Source of the DNA: Lytechinus pictus
Lineage: Eukaryota
DNA length: 64,000 nt
Assembly (NCBI RefSeq): GCF_037042905.1
Contig: NC_087250.1
Location: 20,834,001 to 20,898,000, forward strand
Direction: 5' to 3'
In this document: one piece after another, positions 37,713 through 49,993 of the stretch
Numbering within the stretch: position 1 is the stretch's first letter
Layout of the letters: the number at the start of each line of letters is the position of its first letter
Translations under genes and position numbers: made by a program
Notes under the pieces: model-generated
Database searches by the model: none
The model's input: the letters and a program-made list of their open reading frames with translations, nothing else
What the model was told of the DNA's origin: nothing

Positions 37713-38825
37713 TTCCATTCAGCAAGTAATTGATCCAGAAACAAGGGAAGTTGTCAGATCTTGCATCTTGTCGGACTAAATTTTTGATGAAATGCCCCCC
37801 CCCCCCCCCACTGAATGGGAGAAGCTTCATATTCTTTTCATTGCTAAAACACCGACGAACATGATAAGAGCCTCGTCAGAATTATGTAGCCACAGATTGT
37901 TGCGGCAATGCACACCTGCTTGTAAGTAGGGAATATCACAGTTTTGCATGTATATATATATCACACTAACGACCATAGATTGGTAGTTGTTTAGTTTTTT
38001 CAATCGCACAACGAAAAAAAAATATTTATCATTGCATGTTGTGCTTATTTTTCTATATTTGAACAAATTAAACAAAAGCATGTATACACATGTCGGTGAG
38101 TTTGATATCATTTATATAGGATTTTATAATAGATTCACCCCCCCCCTCCCAAACCGTAAATGATATTAGATTGATACACATATGGTTTATGTAGTATTAC
38201 ACAAACACGCACACTTTCTGTTATATTTTGTTGTATATTAACACAACATTCATTGAACGACATGTTATGGTGGGTTTTTTTAGTGTAGCCTCTTTTACTA
38301 CCGTACAAGTAAAATAGGCCTACACGTAAAATAATAAAAATAATAATACATGTACAGTGTAATTCACTGCACAATTTAGAGGCATGAGGAACTGGGAATG
38401 GGTTTAAATAATTGTCAGGGAATTTTTAAACTTCTTCAGAGAAAAATCAGGGATTTTTGTTTTCTTGAAAAGCTGGGAACTCTGATTGGGTTAAGCCAGC
38501 CATTAACTATCTACAGTAGATCATATACATAGAGGTGGATAAATAAACATCATATTTTTCCACTTCAATGATCGTATAACAGCGTTATTTTACAGAAAAA
38601 ATATCAAAATTTATTGTTTTTCCCCAAATCAAAACCTTAAAAAATCCCCAAAGTTTGTTTAATCTCCACAGGCTTTTGAAAATCCCCATATTTTTCCAAA
38701 TTTGGGAATGGAAATATAGTCACTCTAACTGTACTCCAATATCGAGGGGCGCGCGTGTGCGCGGAAAGTTACTTTAAAAATTTCACCAGAAAATTGAAAA
38801 TAAGTCACCATGCAAACTTTACAAA

Positions 38826-39410
38826 TTAGACCAAGTGGCATGTAGACGAAATGAATGTTAGACTATCTGGAAATTAGTCCAAATGAAAATTAGACCAAGT
38901 GACGATTAGCCCAACTGGGCATTAGACCAGGTGGCTATTAGACCATGTGGTCATTAGACCAATTGGCTATTAGACCAAGTGGTCATTATACCAAATGAAT
39001 GATGGACCAAGTGAGGATTAGACCAACTGGTATTAGACCAACTAGCATTAGACCAACCGACTATTAGACGAACTGGTATTAGACCAAATGCAATTAGACC
39101 AAGTGACAATGAAATACCTTAGACGAAATCGCATTTAGACCAAATGAAAATTAGACCAAGTGACGATTAGCCCAACTGGGCATTAGACCAGGTGGCTATT
39201 AGACCAAGTGGTCATTAGACCAATTGGCTATTAGACCAAGTGGTCATTAGACCAATTGGCTATTAGACCAAGAGGTCATAAGACTAATTGGCTATTAGAC
39301 CAAGTGGTCATTAGACCAAAAGAGAATTGCACTAAGTGGGTTTAGGCCGAATGTTGTTAGCCCATCTGATGATTAGACCAAGTGATATTAGACCATCCGT
39401 CAGTAAACCC
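38826..39410. repeat. ~20-bp ATTAGACCAA-based tandem array with 261-bp higher-order duplication
   Basis: More than 25 units; block at 38881 recurs at 39142. Confidence 0.9.
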
Positions 39411-40064
39411 ATTATACTAATTCACTCTATAATCTTGCAATTCTTATATTTGTGCTTTTTTTTAATTGAAATCGATTAAAATAGTATTAAAAAAAAAAGG
39501 AAGATGTCTGAGGCGCCTGGCTGTACCAGGATAGTCCGGGGTTCGATCCCGCATCTATGCCCGTGAGCAAGGCATTTAATCGGCAAGGCTATTTTATCTT
39601 GCTATCAAATAATTGAAAATGCTATACGCATTCTTCGTAACTAGGTATGCACTTGGTTTTTTAAGCGTTTACAATAATTATAATCGATTAGTTTTCATAG
39701 GCTAAAATAAAAACTTTGCAGATTGTTCTTTTTTATCTACCATCCTCGGTAATTCTTGAGCGTTCTTTAATCATTAATAATATCATGTCAAAATTAAAAT
39801 AAAAAAAAGGAATATTAATTATTGTATATGTATTGTGATCAATGTGTAATAAAGATTGACGTCTTACTAACGAGACTATATTAAACAAATAAAAAATTAT
39901 GATAATTTTTTAAACCATTAAATATATTATTTTTAATTTAAAAAGCACACAAGAAAAAGTTAATTTTGTTTGCATGCCAGATTATTTAATGGCGTGCATT
40001 TTCCGTGAGCAAGATGGGATTGCTACGGAGCCCGGGAGGGGACATGCATGACAATTTTTTTTTA

Positions 40065-40246
40065 ATAAGTCGTTCCCACCACTTATAAGTCGTTCCCACC
40101 ACTTATAAGTCGTTCCCACCACTTATAAGTCGTTACCACCACTTATAAGTCGTTCCCACCACTTATAAGTCGTTCCCACCACTTATAAGTCGTTCCCACC
40201 ACTTATAAGTCGTTCCCACCACTTATAAGTCGTTCCCACCACTTAT
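40065..40246 (+). repeat. 20-bp subterminal tandem repeat ATAAGTCGTTCCCACCACTT x9
   Basis: Counted directly. Confidence 0.97.
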
Positions 40247-40414
40247 TTATAACTACCACGTGATGGCATATAATTATGAAGAAGGGAGCAGTACGCCGCT
40301 CCCGCTAACTCCAGGAAGCTCCGACGCCGACGCCGAAGCTCTCAAACCAAGCCTGGCGAAAATCATCGAAATCGATGGATATAGCGCCAACGTCAAGAGA
40401 CCCGGGTACCCAAC

Positions 40415-40686
40415 CAGGGGCGGATACAGCTTTTTATAAAGGGGGGGGGGGTTGGGGTGGTATGCGAGGGAGCGTAGCGACCGAGTCCAAGCGAGCGGAG
40501 CGAGCGAGGGGGGAGGGTGTGGGAGGGGGGTGTCCCCCCTCCCACAGTAGGGAAAATTTTTGAAAATCTGTGTGTGAAAATAAAATTACAAGTTTAAAAA
40601 AAAAAATAAGATTTAAAAAAATGGTCCCCGGATTTTTTTTTTGGGGGGGTTGCAACCCCCCAACCCCCCCTCTAGATCCGCTTCTG
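40415..40686. mobile_element. internally deleted copy of the 7301-7775 element, inserted in the left arm only
   Basis: CCAAC-CAGGGGCGGATACAG...CTAGATCCGCTTCTG-CAAAC; right arm shows the uninterrupted site. Confidence 0.85.
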
Positions 40687-43600
40687 CAAACATTATAACA
40701 ACAACAAGAAGAAGACCGGCAGGAAGTTGGTTGGATATTCGATATTCGATATTCAAACTGTGAAGTTGGTTTGATATTCAGGTTCGATATTCAAACGCGT
40801 GTGAAGTTGGACCAATATTCGATATTCGATATTAAAAAATTAGGGGTCTTGAAAGCTAACTAGGGGGTTAAACAGGTGCAGCACGTCTCGGGCATCCATA
40901 ACAACACTGTCACTGGCCTGCCCTAGTAAGAGGACATTCAGGGGACAAACGTCAGTGAATAAAAGGGCAGAAAATTGTTATTTTTTTTATTTTTCTTTTC
41001 GAGGGGCCCCCACATCCCGACGGCCTTCCCAGGGCAACCATGTATCCTATCTTGTAGAAATCGACTCGAGCAATAAGATAAGCACTAGCTTGACCCGGCG
41101 CATGCACATTTAGGGGGCTCAAATTAACAAAATTAAAGGAATAAAGGGCAATTTATTGCATTTTTTCAATTTAAAAAGTATTTTTTGCAAGGGGCCCCCA
41201 GGGATATCCCGACGGCCTAGCAAGGGTAACCACGTATCCTATCTTGTAGAATTGAGCTCGGGCAACAAGATAAGCACTAGCTTGACCCAGCGCATGCACA
41301 TTTGGGGGGGGGGTAAATTAACAAGGAATACGGGCTATTTCAAGCATGGGGAACCACGGTCCCCCCCCATCCGTTAGGGTTGCCGCCAATGGGTAGAGTA
41401 AAAAACAACAAAGAAAGAGAGAAGACAAAAATAAAAGAGAGAGAAGCGAAAGGGAGAGATAGGAAAGAAAAGGAGGGGAAAAGGGAGAGAAAGAGAATGG
41501 AGGGGTCATATTATTGTATGACCAGGATATTTTATGATTATGCCCTGAACATTAGGGCGAAGCTCAATGCGAGATTAGAACAAAAAAGAGGGGGCACACC
41601 ATGGCGCACGCAGCAAATATTTGCTTAATAATAAGTCTCGAGCGAGCGAAGTGAGCGAAAAAAAATCACCTGTAATTTTGAGATTGATTTTGACATGGAA
41701 TGCAGAAAATGACATCATATCTTTCATCTTCCTTTTCTTTCTTTCCTTTTATTATTTCTTTTTTGTTCTCGGTTGTAGAACTTTTTTTTTTTGGGGGGGC
41801 AGTGCTATGCGGTTCGGGGCCGGGGCAATGACGGCACCATGGTTTTTAACCTAGGATGAGGCAAACAAACATTTTGGGGCCGGGGGGATGACACACATTT
41901 TTTAAAAAAATCGAGCGAGAGTTGCGAGTTAATTTTATTTTATATGCAGTCCCTACTGAATGAAAAAGGGACCTGTTAAGGATCAGCTGTTTCCATTAAT
42001 TGGGTTATGAAGATGATATCTCACCAAATAAATAGTGCGAGCGCGAAGCGCGAGCCGAAAATTTTTGATATCCGGGATGATACCTGGCCGTTCTAAGCTT
42101 TTTTTAAAATTATGAACTGAATGGCTATCTAATTCGCTGAAAATATATCATTTGTGAAAATTATGAATTCGCAGGATAATGTATCTTGCTAAAACGAATA
42201 ATGAAAAATCTAATAATATTGGATTTTTAAGCCCCATGTGAAAAGATAATCATTTAAAAACTGCGAGCGCGTAGCGCGAGCTACATTTTGAATTTTATAT
42301 AATGGCCTGAAAGATTTATGTTAGTGACTAAAATTGTTGGGAGCTAAATGCTGTGACGGTGAATGGATGATAAAATTGTTAAAATTTAAAGAACTAAAAA
42401 CATTTTTGGAGAATTATAAACATTTTTTTCCCTTCAAATTTCGGGGGTGGGGGGCTCAATGGGGCCTCCCCATTCGGTGGCGCCATGCACTGGTCTGGGG
42501 CGGAGCCCCCGGAACCTCGTGATATTTTTAAACATTGCAGATGGCCATTTTTTATCAAATCGCGAGTACATACACCACATATTATATTAAGTTCAACGCA
42601 GTTGAGGATAATAAACAAAATATGTTGAGGCAGCACACCAAAGCAAATGTGGAATAATTAATTTTGAAAAAGTAGCCAGCGAGCGAAGCAAGCCAGAAAA
42701 TTTTGGCCTTTAAAATTATTTTGAAATTAAATTCTAATTATGTGATAGTAGCTTTGGAAATTTAGTCGATCAATCAATCAATAGATTTGGAATTAGTCAC
42801 GCGATATCATCTAAAAGAGACATTTTAGTTCATTAAAATTTATTGGAGGGGTATAACTCCTTGCTAACTAAATAAATTGAAGGCTAAACATGCAAAATAA
42901 AATGTCTCATGACAATCATTCGAAGATCATAGGAGCTTTATACTCATATTTTATATCATGACAATACGTTTTGTATCGATATACGCCCCCATCTTTTCTC
43001 CAAGAGATGACGATCTACAACAGAAAGCTAAAGATATTCATTCGACCCAACCCATTCTCATTTTTTTTTTGGTAAGTTGATTACAAAAAAGAGTATGTAT
43101 AATGATTAGACTGATTATATAAACAAAGAATGAGCAACCACTGAACAAATTTTGTGCAAATGAAAGAAAAATACAGGTGTCACTAAGATTTCGGAACTAT
43201 TTTATTGGCGGATACTAGTAGATGAATAAGATCTGCTCATGAGATGCTTTAACGAGTTGCCCCCTAAATGTGCATGCGCCGGGTCAAGCTAGTGTTTATC
43301 TGGTTGCCCGAGTCCAGTTCTACAAGATAGGATACGTGGTTACCCTTGCTAGGCCGTCGGGATATCCCTGGTGGCCCCTTGAAAAAATACTTTTTTAATT
43401 AAAAAAATGCAATAAATAGCCCTTTATTCCTTTAATTTTGTTAATTTGAGCCCCCTAAATGTGCATGCGCCGGGTCAAGCTAGTGTTTATCTGGTTGCCC
43501 GAGTCCAGTTCTACAAGATAGGATACATGGTTGCCCTGGGTAGGCCGTCGGGATGTGGGGGCCCCTCGAAAAGAAAAATAAAAAAATAACAATTTTCTGC

Positions 43601-44043
43601 CCTTTTATTCACTGACGTTTGTCCCCTGAATGTCCTCTTACTAGGGCAGGCCAGTGACAGTGTTGTTATGGTTGCCCGAGACGTGCTGCACCTGTTTAAC
43701 CCCCTAGTTAGCTTTCAAGACCCCTAATTTTTTAATATCGAATATCGAATATTGGTCCAACTTCACACGCGTTTGAATATCGAACCTGAATATCAAACCA
43801 ACTTCACAGTTTGAATATCGAATATCCAATATCCAACCAACTTCCTGCCGGTCTTCTTCTTGTTGTTGTTATAATGTTGGGTACCCGGGTCTGTTGACGT
43901 TGGCGCTATATCCATCGATTTCGATGATTTTCGCCAGGCTTGGTTTGAGAGCTTCGGCGTCGGCGTCGGAGCTTCCTGGAGTTAGCGGGCGCGGCGTACT
44001 GCTCCCTTCTTCATAATTATATGCCATCACGTGGTAGTTATAA

Positions 44044-44365
44044 ATAAGTGGTGGGAACGACTTATAAGTGGTGGGAACGACTTATAAGTGGTGGGAACGA
44101 CTTATAAGTGGTGGGAACGACTTATAAGTGGTGGGAACGACTTATAAGTGGTGGGAACGACTTATAAGTGGTGGGAACGACTTATAAGTGGTGGGAACGA
44201 CTTATAAGTGGTGGTAACGACTTATAAGTGGTGGGAACGACTTATAAGTGGTGGTAACGACTTATAAGTGGTGGGAACGACTTATAAGTGGTGGGAACGA
44301 CTTATAAGTGGTGGGAACGACTTATAAGTGGTGGGAACGACTTATAAGTGGTGGGAACGACTTAT
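44044..44365 (-). repeat. same 20-bp tandem repeat, inverted, x16
   Basis: Counted directly. Confidence 0.97.
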
Positions 44366-46394
44366 TAAAAAAAAATGTTCATGCATGTCCCCTCTCGGGC
44401 TCCGTAGATTGCAGTGTGAAATCTTGTTGAAAATTTTGATTTTTCAGATTGCCTCCCTCGTTTCTGACACGTTTTTCTTAATTCTCTAAGCTGAAAGTTA
44501 ACAAAATCCGGGGATTTCCCGAATTTGGGGAGGGAGAAATGGAAACAGTGTAATTGTTCGAAGACAATCACACGTTAGTTCCGTAGCTTTTCCAGGAAAA
44601 ATAAGGTTAACCTCAAACAAATTGCAATGCATATATTTTTCACTGCAATGCGTTTCTATCAAATGATAAATAATAACAACAGTCATGATGATTTCTAAGT
44701 AATATGAGTGAGAGAGAGAAAGAGAGAGTGAAGAGAAGAAAGGGGGAGGGGGGAGAAGAGAGAGAGAGGGGGTGCAAGGACGGATCCTTATTCGTAAGAG
44801 TGTTTTAGGTGTATTGAAACACTGATGGTGATCTAAAGCAAATTTCTAATTTCCAGGAACGGTATAGCATTTTTTTTTCATGGGTCTTTTTTTATTTTTA
44901 CATCAAAGCTATGAGGCGAATGGTAATATTGTGGTATAAATAATGTTATCATTAGTTCATGGTTTACAACTATAGAAATAAATAAAATCCTATCCTCACA
45001 TTTCCTGAAATCTTACAAGTTCTATTTTCAACAAAAGTGGAAAATAACAAAGCGAGCCTAAACTTGGTCCAAGTGACCAAAATCAAGAAATCTATCCCCT
45101 TTTTTGTTGAATGTACTTTTAAAAAATATAAACAAAATTACAAAAGGCGAGCGCGGACCGCGAGCAGAAAATTTTTAGCTACGTATGAGCCAAATAATTT
45201 TTTTAATATTACATTAACAATGAAAGTTGCTATACGTATCATTGTAATTATCTTATTTCTCGGAATCGCCCGTATTTTTTCATTTCCCGAAAATTACCTT
45301 GAAATTATCCGGATTTCCAGGAAGTCGGGGAATTTCCTTCTAAGCACGCGGAAATACTGATTCTAAGCAGCTTCGATTTTAGCAAATAGCAGCAAAAATT
45401 TGGTTTAAATCTTTTAACAAAATGATGCATTATGAACATATCACAATTCACAAAATAATTTTAACTTTTAAATCCCTAGTAATATTAGTTAGTAATAACA
45501 AAATAACAAAATAACTCATAATACATTACTTAAAAGACTTGTTTTTTATGATGAATTAATATATATTTTTTTAATTACTTCAAATAAATATGAAATTGTC
45601 ATATCATAAACAAGATGGCGTTATGAAAATAACAATGCATTGTTTAAGCTTGTACCTTATTTTGCCGCGTTTCGTCAACTTGAATTGATTACAATAATCG
45701 AAAGCATTCGTCATCAAAATAAAATTTAAAAAATCCAAATTACTTTTAGCTCTATGATCATTAGCATAATATTGATTGAATCTTATGACATTAAATCATC
45801 TTTGTCAGAAATTCATATACTATCCTTCCAGAATAATTAAAAGATGAAAAATAAGGAGCAATCAAGGGGGACGTTTCATTAACCTTTTTTGTCCGACAAG
45901 TTTTCAGATCTGCCAACTTTCCTTGATTCTGATTGGCTGAGAGGCACTGTTGCTATGGTAACTGTAGATGAAACATCCGTTAGGTTCTTTCATGAAACGA
46001 TCCCGTCATTGACTCAACGTGACCTTCTCATATTTGCTTCGGGGATCTGTTAACATAATGTAATATTTTTATATTTAGAAAATTAATTATTAACGAAAAA
46101 CGTTTTCGTTCGCAAGCATGTTTAAATATTCTACGTTTGTTTGAAAAAGGATTCAAAATTTTCTAAAAAATGAGTTAATAGAAAAATGAAAATCGATAGC
46201 TGCATTTTAGTCTTGTGTGGTAAAGAAATGCTTATAAAGTTACTTCTGATGCAATATCATTTATTGATACAAGATTTTACCTACTAAAAAAGGTTTTTTA
46301 CGGTTCATCAGGAGTAGTATCTCTATCTTCTCTCATATTAATCGTATACAAGGCACTAAGTGGGCCACACCCCCCCCCCCCGCTATATTTCTGA

Positions 46395-46830
46395 GATTTT
46401 ACAAAGAAAAGTTCAGACACACTCATAACCTGCGCAGTTCTCATGATAATTTGCTCCTTCACATCCCCACTCATAATACAAAGATAATTTTGGGAGATCG
46501 TGCTTTTGCCTGTGCAGCCCCAAAATTATGGAATATTTTGTTATAATAATAATAATAATAATATAGGGTATTTATATTGCGCACATATCCACCTTCTAAG
46601 GTGCTCAAGGCGCTCCTATATATATATGTAATAAGATCCTGTCCATCGGTAGAAACGTTTAAACTAAGACTAAAAACCTATCTGTTCAAATAATTCCCAT
46701 ACATGTACATTTCGTTTCTCGTTTTTTTTCTGGATTTGTTCTCAAGCATTTCACAAGCTCTTAATTGAAGCGCAGTTGAATATAAACACATAGTTTCTGC
46801 GCTATATAAATCAGTATATATTATTATTAT
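46395..46830 (+). mobile_element. L2-type LINE 3' fragment with small inverted retroposon-tail insert
   Basis: LGDRAFACAAPKLWN..IRSCPSVETFKLRLKTYLF; GCGCTATATAAAT end followed by (TAT)n. Confidence 0.8.
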
Positions 46831-46959
46831 TATTATTATTACTATTATAATATTATTATTATTATTATTACTATTATAATATTATTATTATTATTATTAC
46901 TATTATTATTATTATTAGTAGTATTATTACTATTATTATTATTATTATTATCAATTTCT

Positions 46960-47600
46960 TTTCCAGCGGACTGGAAGTGCATCATAAATCTTACAAATCA
47001 ATTCATAGTCGTTGAAAGCGTTAATAGGATCTCAAGTTTCCATCACTAGCCATGATGGTTTAATCTAATTATCTTTTAGTCAAATGGCTTTCTCTCAAAT
47101 GTCCACTTTCCATTAATTCGTATGAATTCGTTATTTAACAATGTTTTATTCCCTTAGTAAGGCTCATATTTCTGCTGTGAATTTCTCGTTTCAATCCACA
47201 CTTCCTGAAGATTTGTATAGAATGTGGGCAGTGGTAAATCTAAAAAGCCGAGTAAATAGTCACAAAAATTACACTTCTTCCTACATGTTGTGTAGCGTAA
47301 CTAAATCACAGCTTCCATTTTCATTTCTTTTTTTTCCATAAGCATTTTGGCCCACATAACTCCCTGTGCTTTTATCAACAATTCGAAATTCATCATTTTG
47401 AGATCTCCCAAATCGTAAAACATCGTGTTTTTTTCATTAATTTCATTTCATCCACCCCATAGAAATGTGAAAGCTACTTTTGTAACGCATCATAAACCCA
47501 TGTTGGAACCGGCATGAGCAATGTTGTGTAAATTGATTTCTCAACATACCTACAACTTTAGTAATTTTCTTCATATTTCAAATTTTCTCTAACTTCAATG
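46960..47600 (-). mobile_element. decayed L1/Tx1-type ORF2 fragment
   Basis: Minus strand: LMPVPTWV.., LGDLKMMNFELLIKAQGVMWAKML, LPTFYTNLQEVW, with frameshifts. Confidence 0.6.
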
Positions 47601-48296
47601 CTTAAGGAGGGGAAACCACCGCTTATATCTTAAAAAAAAAAACACTTTCCGACCGCTTGGTGTTCCACAAGATTTTCCTTCTAAAAAAGAAATCAAATGA
47701 ACTTTTTTTTTATTCGCACCGAATCCGGAATTTCCGAAAGTCTGTAATATACCTATGATTTTAGAATGAAAGGTGTAAGACGACCTCTCGTGATCCAAAC
47801 TCTTCGGATTAATATTCATGTCCTGTAAAGGAATTCCATAATGTACCCCCAATCCCCCAACCCCGTATACATGTAACTAGCGAAATACCATGATATGGAT
47901 ACCCGCTGCCAAAATTTAATTCAGATTATCTATATTTTGTTACTCTTTGAGTGCGTTAGAAAATATATATAATATTAAAATCTCTAATAATTATAGTTAA
48001 AAAAAAAAAAATCTGAACAAAAGAAATAGACAATTTTTTTTTTACATTGTCCTTAAAAATTGTTTTAAAATCATAGATAACATCAATATGAAATTGTCAT
48101 GTCATAACTAAGATAGAGTTATGAAGAAAACATTTATAAACTGTAAAGCATGCGCTTTTTAAACAAGAATCGATTACAATAAAGGAAGGCATACGTCATA
48201 ACATAATAATTAAGAAATGAAATGAAAAATAGTTTTAGCTCCATGATCATAAGCATAATATTGATTGAAATTTCATGACATGATCCTTCCAGACTA

Positions 48297-48570
48297 ATCG
48301 GTGTGTTGGCTCAGTTGGTAGAGCGTCCGTCTCACAACCGGGAGGTCGGGGGTTCAAACCCCGGCCGAGTCAGACCAAAAGACGTTAAAAGATGTGAGTT
48401 GCTGCTACCCTGTTTGGCGTTCAACGATTAAAGGGAAAGAGCCTCGTCGATCTGGCGCTGCACAGCGGCTGTCTGCCCCACGATCACTTGGGCAAAGCAA
48501 CATTTCGGAGTATTTTATTTCATGTCTAGTTCGAACAATAAAATATGGATTTTCATTTTTTGTTTCATAT
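48297..48570 (+). mobile_element. tRNA-derived SINE (second family; central domain resembles the MetaSINE type)
   Basis: A box TGGCTCAGTTGG, B box GTTCAAACC, then GTCAGACCAAAAGACGTTAAAAGATG; absent from the paralogous site at ~45835. Confidence 0.82.
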
Positions 48571-48894
48571 AGGATGAAACAAAAAGGAGCAATCCAGGGG
48601 AGTCTTTCATTAATCTGCCAACTTTCCCTGATTCTGATTGGCTGAGAGGCTCTGTTACTATGGTAACTATAGATGAAACGTGCGACAAGTTCTTTCATGA
48701 AACCATTCCCTGATTTCAGGTCATGAATCACTGACTCAACGTAACGTTTCTATCACCACATTTGCTTCGGGGAACTACAATAAACATATTTGTTTTGTCA
48801 TGTTAATATGTGTAAAACACCCGCTCCCACGCCATTTCTCACGAACAGGTCTACAACCAACCCGGCCTAACTATTCGACGCGCCATCTGACAAT

Positions 48895-49533
48895 AGCGCG
48901 TTTTCGCCCAGCGTCGTACGACGCTATCTACGACGTAGAACGATCTCTTGGTTCGTGCGTCCGTCGCGCTCAACTCTCGCTTGTAAGCAGTTTCGCAAAT
49001 CGCTGAACGCGGCCGGATCGACCGCCAACATATGCATTGTATATGTTCCTACTATGTGCACACAACTGGCAGTGCCATGTGTCTTGCAGTCGCGTCGTCG
49101 ACCGAGCCATGCAACGGCTTTTCAATCATATTTCAATAATCATACTCGTTTAAACTTCTACTGTAACATTTTGAAATTATACTTAGCTTGATTTTAGTAT
49201 AATTGAAATGGTACTCACCGAAAAACTCGCATTCGAGTCCATGTTTTGAAGCTTTCAGCTATCAGTGTAGTCAGAGTAGAGTACAACATGTGCATGCACG
49301 CGATGGGCGAATGTGTTTACATCGGCTCAGCTTGCTCGCTCTACAAGCGATCTGATTGGCTGTTGACGGCTGTTGACAAATCCTACGTTCTAATGCGGAC
49401 GCCCGCTAATTTGCGGAAGAACCGTCCGTGATTTGAGCTCAAGAACGCTCGGGCCTCTGTTTCCATGGAAGTTGGCGATTTTTGCACACGACCCTTACGT
49501 TCTACGTCGTACGACGCTGGGCGAAAACGCGCT
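48895..49533. mobile_element. non-autonomous DNA transposon with AAT TSD (PIF/Harbinger-group, Pangu-like)
   Basis: AAT-AGCGCGTTTTCGCCCAGCGTCGTACGACG...CGTCGTACGACGCTGGGCGAAAACGCGCT-AAT. Confidence 0.8.
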
Positions 49534-49571
49534 AATGATAGGCGTTTCCCCACAACTTTGTTTATGAAACT

Positions 49572-49934
49572 ACACTGTAATTTGGGCAAAATTTTAGCCA
49601 GCATGAGGGTAATTATGTCTTTTTTTTTTTTTACCCAAGTACAAACCATAAACAGAACACAGTGCGCTTAGAAACACCAGTAGTAAGCGCCTTATACATG
49701 TTCTGTATTATTATTATTATTATTATGTATCCAACCAATTTTGGGCAGCATTTTACCCAATGCGGGAAGCATATAGTCCAGTGAGGTAAAATAAGAAAAA
49801 GTAGCAATTGCTTTAGAATGGGCAAAATTTTTATCACACTGGATAAATAAAAATGCCCAAAAGAAATGTCCAATGTTGGTTGGACACATAATTACCCTCG
49901 CAAAGCATTTTACCCAATAATTTTTTAGTGTGTA
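49572..49934. mobile_element. CAC-terminus MITE with small retroposon-tail insert
   Basis: GAGGGTAATTATGT / ACATAATTACCCTC inverted motifs; TACAC..GTGTA ends. Confidence 0.55.
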
Positions 49935-49993
49935 GCGGATTACCCAATCTAGGTAAGTTGCTGTCAAAACATATTTATTATCTTATTTACCTT

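Larger units (their letters stand above)
40024..44406. mobile_element. 4.4-kb non-autonomous foldback DNA transposon, IS3EU-like
   Basis: GATTGC-TACGGAGCCCG.GAGGGGACATGCATGA...TCATGCATGTCCCCTC.CGGGCTCCGTA-GATTGC; inverted arms 40024-~41310 and ~43259-44406; empty paralogous site at ~54613-54642; no transposase ORF. Confidence 0.85.

Noticed and set aside
38826..39410. ATTAGACCAA array as repeat-spacer system
   Set aside because: Linkers are ~10 bp, similar to one another and duplicated in blocks
40065..44365. 20-bp repeat arrays as CRISPR arrays
   Set aside because: Units are head-to-tail with no unique spacers, no cas genes are present, the context is eukaryotic, and the arrays are transposon subterminal repeats
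48297..48372. tRNA gene (also 33732, 49994, 51443, 55370)
   Set aside because: A/B boxes run directly into SINE bodies and tails; no proper acceptor stem seen
48894..49534. second Academ element (TAG..CTA reading)
   Set aside because: No flanking duplication under that reading, whereas AGC..GCT ends give an AAT TSD
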